DNA of 64,000 nucleotides from Deinococcus sp. (GTDB taxonomy: Bacteria; Deinococcota; Deinococci; Deinococcales; Deinococcaceae). Shown here one piece after another: positions 33,922-44,337 of this stretch. The number at the start of each line of letters is the position of its first letter. Position 1 is the first letter of the stretch. Under the pieces are notes generated by a model, which made no database searches, had not been told where the DNA came from, and worked only from the letters and a program-made list of their open reading frames with translations. The stretch covers positions 1,728,001 to 1,792,000 of the forward strand of contig OZ253375.1 in NCBI GenBank assembly GCA_965261005.1, written 5' to 3'. The translations under genes and the position numbers were made by a program.

Positions 33922-34979
33922 GCGCGGTCTTCGCGCGCCTGCGGCGGGGACGCGCCGTGCGGGTCGCCCAGGTGGACGCGCGGCAGCGGCACCACCGCGA
34001 GCAGGCGCGCGATCAGCGCCTCGACGCTCACCTCCTCCGCCAGGCCCTCGTAGGACAGCGCGACGCGGTGGCGCAGCACCTCGGGGGCGAGGTCGCGCAC
34101 GTCCTCGGGCAGCGCGAACTCGCGCCCGCGCACGACGGCCAGCGCCTTGGCGCCCAGAATCAGGTTGACGCTGGCGCGCGGGCTGGCCCCGTAGGCGACC
34201 GCCCCCTTAAACTCGCCCAAACCCGCCTCCTGCGGCTCGCGCGAGGCGCGCGCCAGCTTGACGGCGTACTCCATCACCGCCGGGTGGACGTACACCAAGT
34301 CGGCCATGCGCTGAAGGGCGCGCAGCTCGTCGGCCGAGAGTTGCGGCGTGACCGGCGCGAAGCGCTGCGAAACCCGCTCCACCACCGTCATCTCCTCGTG
34401 AAAGCTGGGATAGCCGATCACGACCTTGAACATGAAACGGTCCACCTGCGCCTCGGGCAGAAAGTAGGTGCCCTCCGACTCGATGGGGTTCTGGGTCGCC
34501 AGCACCAAAAAGGGGTCGGGCAGCTTGAAACTCTCGGCGCCAATGGTCGCCTGCCGCTCCTGCATCGCCTCGAGCAGGGCCGACTGAATTTTGGCGGGGG
34601 CGCGGTTGATCTCGTCGGCCAGCACCAAGTTGGCGAAGATGGGGCCTTTTTCCACCTCGAAGCCGCCGGTCCTTTGGTTGTAGACCCGCGTGCCGATCAG
34701 GTCGGCCGGCACCAAGTCGGGCGTGAACTGCACCCGCTGAAAGCTCGCGCCGATGGCGTCGGCCGTCGTGCGAATCGCCAGGGTCTTGGCCAGGCCCGGC
34801 ACGCCCTCGATCAGAACGTGCCCGCGCGCGATCAGGGCGACCAGGAGCCGCTCCAGCATCAAGTCCTGCCCGACGATGACCTTTTTGACCTCGAACAGCA
34901 GCGTGCGCACCCGCGCGGCGGCGTCCACCACCGCCTGGGGAGAGAGCGGCGTGAGGGGAGCGGCGTCGCCGGCCGTCAC
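33918..34979 (-). CDS. MoxR-family AAA+ ATPase
   Basis: GVPGLAKT, QFTPDLVPAD, LADEINRAPAK, ATQNPIE, GASPR. Confidence 0.95.
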   Translation of the reverse strand: MTAGDAAPLTPLSPQAVVDAAARVRTLLFEVKKVIVGQDLMLERLLVALIARGHVLIEGVPGLAKTLAIRTTADAIGASFQRVQFTPDLVPADLIGTRVYNQRTGGFEVEKGPIFANLVLADEINRAPAKIQSALLEAMQERQATIGAESFKLPDPFLVLATQNPIESEGTYFLPEAQVDRFMFKVVIGYPSFHEEMTVVERVSQRFAPVTPQLSADELRALQRMADLVYVHPAVMEYAVKLARASREPQEAGLGEFKGAVAYGASPRASVNLILGAKALAVVRGREFALPEDVRDLAPEVLRHRVALSYEGLAEEVSVEALIARLLAVVPLPRVHLGDPHGASPPQAREDRA

Positions 34980-35428
34980 GCCTTGATCTCCGAGTCGGGC
35001 GCCGCCGGCAAGCCCGGAATGGCCGGCCCTTGGTAGGGTTGCAGCGGAATCAGCTCGTCGCCGCCCGGACGCCCGTTGCCGGGGCCGTCGCCGGCACCGG
35101 GCTGCTGGCCCGGTTGTTGGCCCGGCTGAACTTGGTACAGCTGGCCGTCCTGCATCATCAGTACGGTGCACTCGCCTTGCTGCTGGCCCGGCTGGGGTTG
35201 TTGACCTTGCCCCGGCTGCTGGCCGGGTTGCTCTCCCGGCCCCTCGCCCGGCCCCGGTCCCAGCGGCACCAGCTCGCGCGGGTCGGCCTGGACGCGCTGA
35301 AAGGTGGGCGTGGGGAGGGCTTGGGCGCTGACAACTTGGGCGCCGGTTCCGGCGGAAACGCCCGCGCGGCCCAGCGCGAAGCCCACGCCCAGCGCGGCCA
35401 GGACGGAACCGATCAATAGAGCCTTCAC
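34976..35428 (-). CDS. Secreted or anchored Gln/Pro/Gly-rich protein, first gene of the MoxR operon
   Basis: VKALLIGSVLAALGVGFALG N-terminus, GQQPGQ repeats, stop overlaps the MoxR GTG. Confidence 0.7.
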   Translation of the reverse strand: MKALLIGSVLAALGVGFALGRAGVSAGTGAQVVSAQALPTPTFQRVQADPRELVPLGPGPGEGPGEQPGQQPGQGQQPQPGQQQGECTVLMMQDGQLYQVQPGQQPGQQPGAGDGPGNGRPGGDELIPLQPYQGPAIPGLPAAPDSEIKA

Positions 35429-35677
35429 TGGGAACCTTTCAAGCTGCGAAGCGGACGGCCTGTGGTGGTCACGCGATCCTCCCGGGAACGTAGGACGGGA
35501 ACGAAAAGAACGTGCTTTTACACTACGCCCGTATTCTGGGAAAGCTCTGAAGCCCTGCGTCCCTTTCTGGCCGTGTTTCAGATCGAGGCCGAGGTGATGG
35601 CGGACAAGGCGCGAGACCGCTTCCCGCGCGACTTCCGGCGCGCTCAAAAGCGCCCGCACCGGCCAAAACGTGCCACT

Positions 35678-35857
35678 CTAAGAACTCCCGGCTCACGTTC
35701 CGTGCCTTCGCAAAAAACGCTCCGTCACTCCCAACGGGTCGCGCGAAGCGTCAAGGCTCGGCAAGACGGCCGCCACGCCCCTCGACCACTTCTGCCAGGA
35801 CGTACTTTCTTCCCTACTCGCTCCGCTCGGATGATCTCAAGATCACCAGGGATGTAC
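35678..35857. repeat. Second SNR/SRE-like modular repeat
   Basis: Shares an exact 26-mer (35752-35777) and the CGTA..TTTC..TACTCGCTCCGCT module (35801-35827) with the 30663 element. Boundaries approximate. Confidence 0.6.
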
Positions 35858-35876
35858 TCAGGCTCAAGGAGCATTC

Positions 35877-38354
35877 GTGACCCAGCTGTTTCCCCTCGGT
35901 TCAACTTGGCAATTCAAGGCCCGCGACCCCAAAACGGACCTGATAGACGACCTCGCCTGCCCGGACGGCTGGCTTTCCGCCAGCGTGCCCGGCACCGTGC
36001 ATGGGGACCTGCTGGCCGCCGGCCGCATTCCCGACCCGAACGACGGCCTGAACGAGCTGGACGTGCAGTGGGTCGGCGAGCGCGACTGGCTCTACCGCCT
36101 GGACTTCGGCGCGCCGGAACTGGCGGCGGGCCACTTGGCCGACTTGTGCTTTGACGGCCTCGACACCTTCGCGCGGGTGTGGCTGAACGGCGAGCTGATC
36201 CTGGAAAGCGACAACATGTTCGTGCCGCGGCGCGTGCCGGTCGTGGACAAGCTGCGTCCCGGGCGCAACGAGCTGCGGGTGCTGTTCGAGTCGGCCCTGC
36301 GGCGCGGGCGCGAGATCGAGGCGGAGCGCGGCACACTGCCGCTGTGGAACGGTGATTCCAGCCGCCTGTACGTTCGCAAGGCGCAGTACCACTACGGCTG
36401 GGACTGGGGGCCGACGCTGCTGACGGCGGGCTTGTGGCGGGACGTGCGGCTGGAAGTCTACGAAACGCGCGTGGCGGAGCTGGCCTGCCCCGTGGAGGTG
36501 AATGAGGCCCTCTCCCTCGCCCGCTTCGCCGTTCAGGTCGAGCTGGCGGGTCAGCTGGACAGCCGCGTTCAGCTCGATCTGCTGGGGCCGGACGGACATG
36601 TCATGGACAGCGCGGAGCTGCCCGCCGCTCAGGAAATCGCGCACACCTTTGAGGTGAAGCGGCCCGCGCTGTGGTGGCCCGCCGGGCATGGGGCGCAGCC
36701 GCTCTACACCGTCCGGGCACAGGTCATGCGGGGCGGCCAGCTTCTCGACGGGCGCCAGCTGCGCGTCGGGGCGCGTCGCCTCAGGCTGGTTCAAGAAGAA
36801 GTCGAGGGCGAGCCGGGCCGCAGCTTTCTGTTCGAGGTGAACGGCGTTCAGCTCTTTTGCGGCGGCGCCAACTGGATTCCCGACGACAACCTGCTGCCGC
36901 GCGTGACCAGGGAACGCTACCGAGCGCGGCTGACCCAGGCCCGTGACGCCCACATGATCATGCTGCGGGTGTGGGGCGGCGGCGTCTACGAGGACGACGC
37001 CTTTTACGACGCCTGCGACGAGCTGGGCCTGCTGGTGTGGCAGGACTTCATGTTCGCCTGTGGCCTGTACCCGGCCCACCCCGAGTTTCTGGCGAGCGTG
37101 CGCGCCGAGGCGGAGGCGGCGGTGCGGCGGCTGCGCCACCACCCCTGCTTGGCGCTGTGGTGCGGCAACAACGAGGATTATCAGGTCGCCCAGTCGGTGG
37201 GCGCCTACGGGCCGGGCGCGGAGGCGGGCCGCTTTCCCGCCCTGGCCATCTACGAGGAACTGCTGCCGGAGGTCTGCGCGCGGCTTGACCCCGCGCGCCC
37301 TTACTGGCCCAGCAGCCCCTACGGCGGGGAAGACCCCAACGACCCGGCCGCCGGCGACCGCCACACCTGGAACGTGTGGCACGGCCAGATGGCGCCCTAC
37401 CAGGACTACCCCCAGCACGAGGGGCGCTTCGTGACGGAGTTCGGGATGCAGGCGCTGCCCTCGCTGGCGCTGATCGCGTCGGTGACGCCCCCAGGAGAGC
37501 GCTTTCCCGCCAGCCGCACGCTGGAGCACCACAACAAGGCGGCGGACGGCCCGCGCCGCCTGAACGTCTACATCGGCGACACCGTGCCGATTCCCAGCGA
37601 CCTGCCAAGCTACGTCTACGCCTCGCAGCTGACCCAAGCCGAGGCGCTGCTGAGCGCTTACCGGGGGTGGCGGCGGCGCTGGGGCACGCCCGGCAAGCGG
37701 GCCGTGGCGGGCGCGCTGGTGTGGCAGCTCAACGACTGCTGGCCGGTCACGAGCTGGGCCATTATCGATTCTTCCGGGCAGCCCAAGCCGGCCTACTCCG
37801 CCGTCAAGCGCGCGCTCTCGCCCATCACGGTCGGCCTCGCGCGTGAGGAAAACGGCGCGGCGGTGTGGGGCGTAAACGGCACCTTGGAGGCGCAGACCCT
37901 TTCGCTTGAACTGCGCGCCCTGACCTTGGAGGGCCGCGAACTCGCCCGCGAGGCGCGCGAGGTGACGCTGGCGAGGAACGCCGTGACCGAGCTGGGCGCC
38001 TTTGGAGTGCCGGATGACGAACCCACCATCCTGGCCGCGACCCTGAGCCGGGATGGGAACGTGCTGGCCCGTGAGGCGCTGTGGCCGGAACCGCTCAAGT
38101 ACCTGCACCCCAGCGACCCCGGCCTCAGTGTCGAACGGCTGGGCCAAGACGGGGTCCGCCTCCGCGCGGCGCGCCCCGTCAAGGGCGTCTGGTTGGACGC
38201 CGGCTTGGGCGTGACTTGGGACGACAACCTGCTGGACCTGCTGCCCGGCGAGGAGAGGGTTGTGCGGGCGGGCGGGCTGGGCGACTCGCCGCTGAGCGTG
38301 CGCTGGCTGGGGGCGCCGGGAGCAATCGAGGACGCGGCGACCGAATCACCCTAA
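35877..38354 (+). CDS. GH2 beta-mannosidase
   Basis: FDGLDT, RKAQYHYGWDWGP, GANWIP, RVWGGGVYE, WCGNNE, VTEFG, WQLNDCWP. AAGGAG SD. Confidence 0.93.
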   Translation: MTQLFPLGSTWQFKARDPKTDLIDDLACPDGWLSASVPGTVHGDLLAAGRIPDPNDGLNELDVQWVGERDWLYRLDFGAPELAAGHLADLCFDGLDTFARVWLNGELILESDNMFVPRRVPVVDKLRPGRNELRVLFESALRRGREIEAERGTLPLWNGDSSRLYVRKAQYHYGWDWGPTLLTAGLWRDVRLEVYETRVAELACPVEVNEALSLARFAVQVELAGQLDSRVQLDLLGPDGHVMDSAELPAAQEIAHTFEVKRPALWWPAGHGAQPLYTVRAQVMRGGQLLDGRQLRVGARRLRLVQEEVEGEPGRSFLFEVNGVQLFCGGANWIPDDNLLPRVTRERYRARLTQARDAHMIMLRVWGGGVYEDDAFYDACDELGLLVWQDFMFACGLYPAHPEFLASVRAEAEAAVRRLRHHPCLALWCGNNEDYQVAQSVGAYGPGAEAGRFPALAIYEELLPEVCARLDPARPYWPSSPYGGEDPNDPAAGDRHTWNVWHGQMAPYQDYPQHEGRFVTEFGMQALPSLALIASVTPPGERFPASRTLEHHNKAADGPRRLNVYIGDTVPIPSDLPSYVYASQLTQAEALLSAYRGWRRRWGTPGKRAVAGALVWQLNDCWPVTSWAIIDSSGQPKPAYSAVKRALSPITVGLAREENGAAVWGVNGTLEAQTLSLELRALTLEGRELAREAREVTLARNAVTELGAFGVPDDEPTILAATLSRDGNVLAREALWPEPLKYLHPSDPGLSVERLGQDGVRLRAARPVKGVWLDAGLGVTWDDNLLDLLPGEERVVRAGGLGDSPLSVRWLGAPGAIEDAATESP

Positions 38355-38363
38355 GATGCGGCC

Positions 38364-38390
38364 ATGCCCAGAACAGCTGGTCGCGCTTGA
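38364..38390 (+). CDS. Candidate leaderless leader peptide MPRTAGRA
   Basis: TAAGAT, 6 nt, ATG(38364). Its TGA overlaps TTG 38387 of the AI-2E gene. Confidence 0.45.
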   Translation: MPRTAGRA

Positions 38391-39508
38391 ACGCCGTCCG
38401 GACCGTCCCACAGCTGCTCGCGGCGCTGTGGAGATCGCCGTGGGTGCGGCTGCTGGTCTACATCTTGCTGGCCCTGCTCGCGTTGTACTTCGCGCGGCTG
38501 CTGCTCAGCGTGATCGTGACGGGGCTGGTCGCCTACGCCGTCGCCTTCTTGTTTCAGCCCATCTTGCTGTGGCTGGAGCGACACCGGGTGAAGCGGGTAT
38601 TCGGCGTGCTGCTGGTGGTCGTGGTGGTGCTGGCGGTGACGGGGCTGCTGTTCTGGACGGTGCTTTCGCAGGTGATCAACTTGCTCGCCGAGTTGCCGCA
38701 GCTCTTGCAACTCTTGCCCGACTTGATCGGCGGCGCGCTTGACCGTCTGAGCAGCGTGCCGGGCCTGGAGAACGTGCAACTCCGGCTGCGAGACTTGCTG
38801 GCCCAGCAGGTGAGCCAGCTCGACCAGAACCTCGGGCCGACGCTTCAGCGGCTGCTCAGCTCGGGTGGCGCGCTGCTGGGCGGGGTGGTGGGCGCGGTCG
38901 GCGGCTTGGCGCAGGGGTTGTTCGTGCTGATCCTGAGTTTGTACTTCATGCTGGACTACCAGCGGGTGGGGGCCAGCGTGTTGCAACTCCTGCCGCGCAC
39001 TTGGCAGCCGGCCGCCTTGAGCTTGTCGGAGGACGTCAGCGTTTCCTTCGGCGGCTACATCCGGGGGCAGCTGCTGATCGGCCTCGCGGTCGGCGCGCTG
39101 GTGGCCGTGGGGCTGCTGATGCTGGGCATCCCCAACGCCCTCGCCATCGGCCTCCTCGCGGCGGTGCTCGACATCGTGCCGTACCTGGGGCCGGTGATCT
39201 CGGCCATTCCGGCGGTGCTGCTGGCCCTTCCCGACGGCTGGGTCAAGGTGCTGCTGGTGGTGCTGGTCTTTTTGGTCGCCAACCAGCTTGAGGGCAACTT
39301 CCTGTCGCCCTACGTTCTGGGACGCACCACCGACCTCAGCTCGGCGGCGGTGCTGCTGGGCATTTTGGCGGGCCTCACGCTGGGCGGCCTGGTCGGGGCC
39401 TTGCTGGCGGTGCCGACCTTGGCGCTGCTCAAGCGGTGGCTGGAACATTACTGGCTGCCCAGCCGGGCGCACGACAACGCGGCTGCGGGAGCGCACGACG
39501 GAGAGTGA
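38387..39508 (+). CDS. AI-2E family transporter
   Basis: FGGYIRGQL, VPYLGP, QLEGNFLSP, GALLAVP motifs. Start codon uncertain. Confidence 0.9.
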   Translation: MNAVRTVPQLLAALWRSPWVRLLVYILLALLALYFARLLLSVIVTGLVAYAVAFLFQPILLWLERHRVKRVFGVLLVVVVVLAVTGLLFWTVLSQVINLLAELPQLLQLLPDLIGGALDRLSSVPGLENVQLRLRDLLAQQVSQLDQNLGPTLQRLLSSGGALLGGVVGAVGGLAQGLFVLILSLYFMLDYQRVGASVLQLLPRTWQPAALSLSEDVSVSFGGYIRGQLLIGLAVGALVAVGLLMLGIPNALAIGLLAAVLDIVPYLGPVISAIPAVLLALPDGWVKVLLVVLVFLVANQLEGNFLSPYVLGRTTDLSSAAVLLGILAGLTLGGLVGALLAVPTLALLKRWLEHYWLPSRAHDNAAAGAHDGE

Positions 39509-39511
39509 CAC

Positions 39512-39848
39512 TCAGCCCGCGCGCTCCCGCAGCCAAGCCAGCGCCGCCGCGCCGGAATTCAACACCGAGATGTGGCCGTCCTCCGGGCGCACCCACAGTT
39601 TGGCCGGAGGGCAGCGGCGCGCCGCAAGCCAGAGCGTGAGGGCCGCCGTAGCCGGTGCGGTCATACGACACTCAGCGAAGGCCGAGTTCTTCTACGACGG
39701 CAAACAGCGGTTCGGGCGGCGCGCCTATGTTCGGCGTGCCGTGGTGCCAGAACACGGCGGGCCGCTTGGCCGTGTCGTCCGCGCCCGTGTCGTAGACGTG
39801 GAGCGTGCGGCCGTCGTTCAGCTTCAGGTCAGTCTCTGTCACCACCAT
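39512..39848 (-). pseudogene. Alpha/beta hydrolase remnant (nonsense codon plus internal deletions)
   Basis: MVVTETDLKLNDGRTLHVYDTG...FWHHGTPNIGAPP...GLR*VSYDRTGYGG|PHALAC, then in another frame KLWVRPEDGHISVLNSGAAALAWLRERAG*. TGA at 39672-39674. Confidence 0.8.
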
Positions 39849-39896
39849 CTGTTCAGTCTAGAGGCCGAGGTCTGGCACTCTCGCCCATCTTCACCA

Positions 39897-39916
39897 TATA
39901 GCGAATTTGCTATACT
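39897..39916 (+). promoter_or_regulatory. Palindromic operator overlapping the -10 of the DUF4160 gene
   Basis: TATAGCGAA/TTTGCTATA (8 of 9 symmetric) overlapping TATACT (39911-39916), 6 nt before the GTG. Confidence 0.65.
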
Positions 39917-39922
39917 CCTCTT

Positions 39923-40183
39923 GTGCCCACGGTGAGCGTGTTTTTTGGAATCACCATTAAGCTGTTTTACAACGACCACGCGCCGCCCCACTTTCACGCC
40001 GAGTACGGCGACGAAGAGGCTTTACTTGACATTGAGACGGTCGAAGTTCTCGCCGGCCACCTTCCGCCTCGCGTCTTGCGTTTGGTGTCTCGGTGGGCAG
40101 TGGAGCACCAGGGGGAGTTGCGCCAAGCCTGGAAGAGCGCCCGGGCCGAGCAGCCTCTTCCCCAGATCGCCCCCCTCGTCTGA
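39923..40183 (+). CDS. DUF4160 protein (putative toxin)
   Basis: MPTVSVFFGITIKLFYNDHAPPHFHAEYG...LVSRWAVEHQGELRQAW...IAPL family pattern. Confidence 0.9.
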   Translation: MPTVSVFFGITIKLFYNDHAPPHFHAEYGDEEALLDIETVEVLAGHLPPRVLRLVSRWAVEHQGELRQAWKSARAEQPLPQIAPLV

Positions 40184-40210
40184 CGTGTACCCAAAGCTCT
40201 TACAGCGCGC

Positions 40211-40756
40211 TTGAAAGGGACTGACTTGAAAGGGATTGGCCGAATAACCGAACTTCACAGGATCACCACCGTCCACGCGGGTGAAGGGCAGACGCTGCAC
40301 GTCACATATACTGATGGTGTCAGCGTTCACATTGATCTCGCGCCCCTCATCGAACCCGGCACGGTCTTTGCCGTCCTCGCCGACCCCGAGTTGTTCCGGG
40401 CCGCAGAAGTCGGTTCGCGCGGACGCTCCGTTGTGTGGACGGGCGGCCTTGACCTCGACGCCGACGCGCTGCGCCTGGACCCAGAGGAAAGCGGCGCCGG
40501 GCATGTCCTGCTCGGCCGCACGCCCCCGTTGCCCGCCAACACCGTGAGCGCGGAAATCGCGCGGGCGCTCAGGGACAGCGGCTTGACCCAGCGCGCGCTC
40601 GCGGGGCGTATGGGCACCACCCAGAGCGCCGTGTCACGCCTGCTCAGCCCGCACTACCACGGGCAGACCGTGGGCGCCCTGGAGCGGCTGGCCGATGCGC
40701 TCGGAATGGACCTGGAGGTACGGCTGCTGCCCAAGGCAGGGCGGCGCGCCAGTTGA
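40211..40756 (+). CDS. DUF2442 plus XRE-HTH fusion (putative antitoxin)
   Basis: LHVTYTDG...VFAVLADPELF...VVWTGGLDLDADAL (DUF2442), then GLTQRALAGRMGTTQSAVSRL HTH. Start is TTG 40211 or 40226. Confidence 0.85.
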   Translation: MKGTDLKGIGRITELHRITTVHAGEGQTLHVTYTDGVSVHIDLAPLIEPGTVFAVLADPELFRAAEVGSRGRSVVWTGGLDLDADALRLDPEESGAGHVLLGRTPPLPANTVSAEIARALRDSGLTQRALAGRMGTTQSAVSRLLSPHYHGQTVGALERLADALGMDLEVRLLPKAGRRAS

Positions 40757-40785
40757 CCCGCTCGCCCCTTGACGGATAGGCCAAG

Positions 40786-41463
40786 TCAGCCCCGCGCCCT
40801 GTACAGCTTGGCGGGCCGGCCCGCCGCGCCGTAGTGGTGGGCCAGCTCGGCCCGGCCGCTGCGGACCAGGAATTCGAGGTAGCGCCAAGCGGTCACGCGG
40901 CTGAGGCCCACCCGCGCCCCCACTTCCTCGGCGCTGAGGGCTTCGGGTGCGGCGGCCAGGGTCTCCGCCACCCGCTCCAGGGTGTGAACGTCCACCCCCT
41001 TGGGCGGCGCCGCCTCGTTCTCCACGCCGAGGCCCCGGAAGCGGTCGAGCTCGGCCTGGCTGAAGCTGTCCTGCGCGAGGCGCGAGCGCGCCCGGTGGCG
41101 CGCCACCGCCCCCGCCAGCCGCGAGCCGCCGAAGGGCTTGATCAGGTAGTCGAGGACCCCAAAGGCGAGGGTGGCGCGCACCGTCGCCTCGTCGCCCGCC
41201 GCCGTGACCATCACCACGTCCACCCACTCGCCCGCCGCGCGCCATCCCCGCAGCAAATCGGCGCCGCTGCCGTCGGGCAAGTACACGTCGAGCAGCACCA
41301 AGTCGGGCGTCAGGACGCGCAGCAGCTCGCTCGCTTGGGCGCAGCTGGCCGCCGTGCCCACCACCTGGACCTGGGGATCGCGCTCCAGCCACTCGCGGTT
41401 GACGCGGGCCACCCGCGCGTCGTCCTCCACCAAGAGGACCCGCACCACCTTGGGCACGCTCAC
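40786..41463 (-). CDS. CitB/DcuR-family response regulator
   Basis: [41 protein letters not shown]. Confidence 0.93.
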   Translation of the reverse strand: MSVPKVVRVLLVEDDARVARVNREWLERDPQVQVVGTAASCAQASELLRVLTPDLVLLDVYLPDGSGADLLRGWRAAGEWVDVVMVTAAGDEATVRATLAFGVLDYLIKPFGGSRLAGAVARHRARSRLAQDSFSQAELDRFRGLGVENEAAPPKGVDVHTLERVAETLAAAPEALSAEEVGARVGLSRVTAWRYLEFLVRSGRAELAHHYGAAGRPAKLYRARG

Positions 41464-43052
41464 GAGGCCTCCGGCGGCAAGTTCACTTGAAAGACCGTCC
41501 ACTCCCCGCGCCGCAGCACCCGCACCGTTCCGCCCAGCGCCCCGACCCGCGCCCGCACGTTGGCCAGGCCGTGCCCGCGCCCCTCGCCCTTGCTCGAGAC
41601 GCCCCGCCCGAACAGGCGGGCGGCCAGGTCCGCTGGGAGGCCGGGGCCGCTGTCCTGCACCTCGATCTGAAGGCCGTCGGGGTCCTCGCCGATGCAGAGC
41701 CACACCTCGCCGCCCCGGCCCTCCAGCGCCTCGAAGGCGTTCTGAATCAGGTTGCCCAGAATGGTGACCAAAGCGCCCGCGTGCCGCTCCCAGCGCGGCG
41801 AGAGGTTGGACCCCGGCACCACGCCGAAGGTGACGCCGAGTTCCTGCGCCCGCTCGCGCTGGCCGAACAGCAGGGCGGCCACGCGCGGCACCTGCAATTC
41901 GCGGGTCAACTCGCGAAAGGCGGCGTCGGCCCCGATCTGTTCCCGGAGCAGCTCGCGCGCCTCATCGAAGTGGCCGAGGTGCAGCAGCCCCGAGATGACG
42001 TGCAGGTGGTTGGCGTACTCGTGACCCTGGGCGCGCAGCACGTCCACCAGCGAGCGCACCTGGGTCAGCTCCTCGGCCAGGCGCAGCGCCTCGCCGCGCT
42101 CGCGGAAGGTGAGCACCTGGCCGCCCCCCGGCAGCGGCTCGGTGTTGACCAGCACGCTGAGCGCGCCCAGCGACAGCTCCAGGTTGTGCCGCCGCGCCGG
42201 ACGCAGCTCGGCGGCGTCCGGCCAGACTTGAGAAAGTGGCGGGCGGCGGCCCGCCAGGCCCAGCGCCGCGTCCGCCCGGGCGCTCGCCAGCGTGATCTCG
42301 CCGCCCGGCCCCAGCGCCAGCACGCCCTCGCCCAGCGCCGACAGCACCGCCTGATGCTCCTGCACCAGGGCGGCGATCTGCTCGGGTTCCAGCCCCAGAA
42401 TCTCGCGCCGCAGGCGCCGGGCGATCAGGACCGCGCCCAGCGACCCGAGGGCCAGTGCCAGCACGAACCACGGTAACAGTTCCAATAGCGCCTGCCGGGC
42501 CAGCGCCCGCACCTGCGGCATCAGAAAGCCGGTGGACACCACGCCGACCACCGCCCCGCCGAAGAGAATCGGCACCTTGCCGCGCACCGCCAACCCCAGC
42601 GACCCGCGCGCCACGCTGATGATCTCGCGCCCGGCCAGCGGCCCAACGTTGTCTCCCCCTTCCATCGGTAGGCCCAAACGGTCGGGCCGGGGATGGGCCA
42701 GCCGGACGCCGCGCACGTCCCCGACCACGATGTAGTCGGCGCCCACCTGCGCCCTGAGCCGGTTGACAAAGGCGTTGAGCGCCGGGTCCGGCTCCCCGCG
42801 CTGCGCCGCCAGAATAACGGCGGGAAACTGGGCCACCAGGCGCGAGGCCGTCAGCGCCCGCTCACCCAGCTCGGCGCGGGCCTGGCGCGAAAGGTGGTTC
42901 ACCTCGATCCCGGTCAGCAAGGCCGTCACGACGCACAGGATCAGGACGTGCAGCGCCACCAGCCGCCCGCCGATGCCCAGCCGCGCCAGCGGCCAGCCCC
43001 AGCGCCGGGGCGGAACCGGATGGGGTCGGGAGAAAAATGGCGTCGTGGACAT
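41460..43052 (-). CDS. CitA/DcuS-family sensor histidine kinase
   Basis: Cache sensor ([23 protein letters not shown]), [13 protein letters not shown]-box, GNLIQNA, DSGPG, GRGHGL. Confidence 0.93.
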   Translation of the reverse strand: MSTTPFFSRPHPVPPRRWGWPLARLGIGGRLVALHVLILCVVTALLTGIEVNHLSRQARAELGERALTASRLVAQFPAVILAAQRGEPDPALNAFVNRLRAQVGADYIVVGDVRGVRLAHPRPDRLGLPMEGGDNVGPLAGREIISVARGSLGLAVRGKVPILFGGAVVGVVSTGFLMPQVRALARQALLELLPWFVLALALGSLGAVLIARRLRREILGLEPEQIAALVQEHQAVLSALGEGVLALGPGGEITLASARADAALGLAGRRPPLSQVWPDAAELRPARRHNLELSLGALSVLVNTEPLPGGGQVLTFRERGEALRLAEELTQVRSLVDVLRAQGHEYANHLHVISGLLHLGHFDEARELLREQIGADAAFRELTRELQVPRVAALLFGQRERAQELGVTFGVVPGSNLSPRWERHAGALVTILGNLIQNAFEALEGRGGEVWLCIGEDPDGLQIEVQDSGPGLPADLAARLFGRGVSSKGEGRGHGLANVRARVGALGGTVRVLRRGEWTVFQVNLPPEAS

Positions 43053-43262
43053 GCGTTCACCTGCGTTTAGAAGGTTTCGGGCAGTCTAAGGCAAAAGGGC
43101 CTTTCGTGCATTCCGTTCATTGAGTGCAGGTGTGTCTGAACAGAATGCCGCGCTGGGCGCACAAAAAACCTTGCGCCCTTTTCGCTTTTGCTCTAGGCTG
43201 CCAGGACGCACAACTTCAAACGCAGCGCGAACGCTTTCCGCGAGCGTTCCCCAGGAGGCTTC

Positions 43263-44237
<975 letters not shown>

Positions 44238-44248
44238 GGCTGAAGATA

Positions 44249-44284
44249 GGGCGGGACGGCGTGAGGGGAGCCGTCCCGCCTTTC
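44249..44284 (+). terminator. Intercistronic stem-loop after tctC
   Basis: GGCGGGACGGC...GCCGTCCCGCC followed by TTTC. Confidence 0.6.
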
Positions 44285-44337
44285 GGTGTTTCCCCTTATC
44301 CGTAGCCTTTGGATTCATAGCCTTTGGAGGCCCAGCC

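Noticed and set aside
35462..35680. Possible ORF fragment PVFWESSEALRPFLAVFQIEAEVMADKARDRF
   Set aside because: No clear start or family, and it runs into the repeat element. It cannot be supported without blastx.
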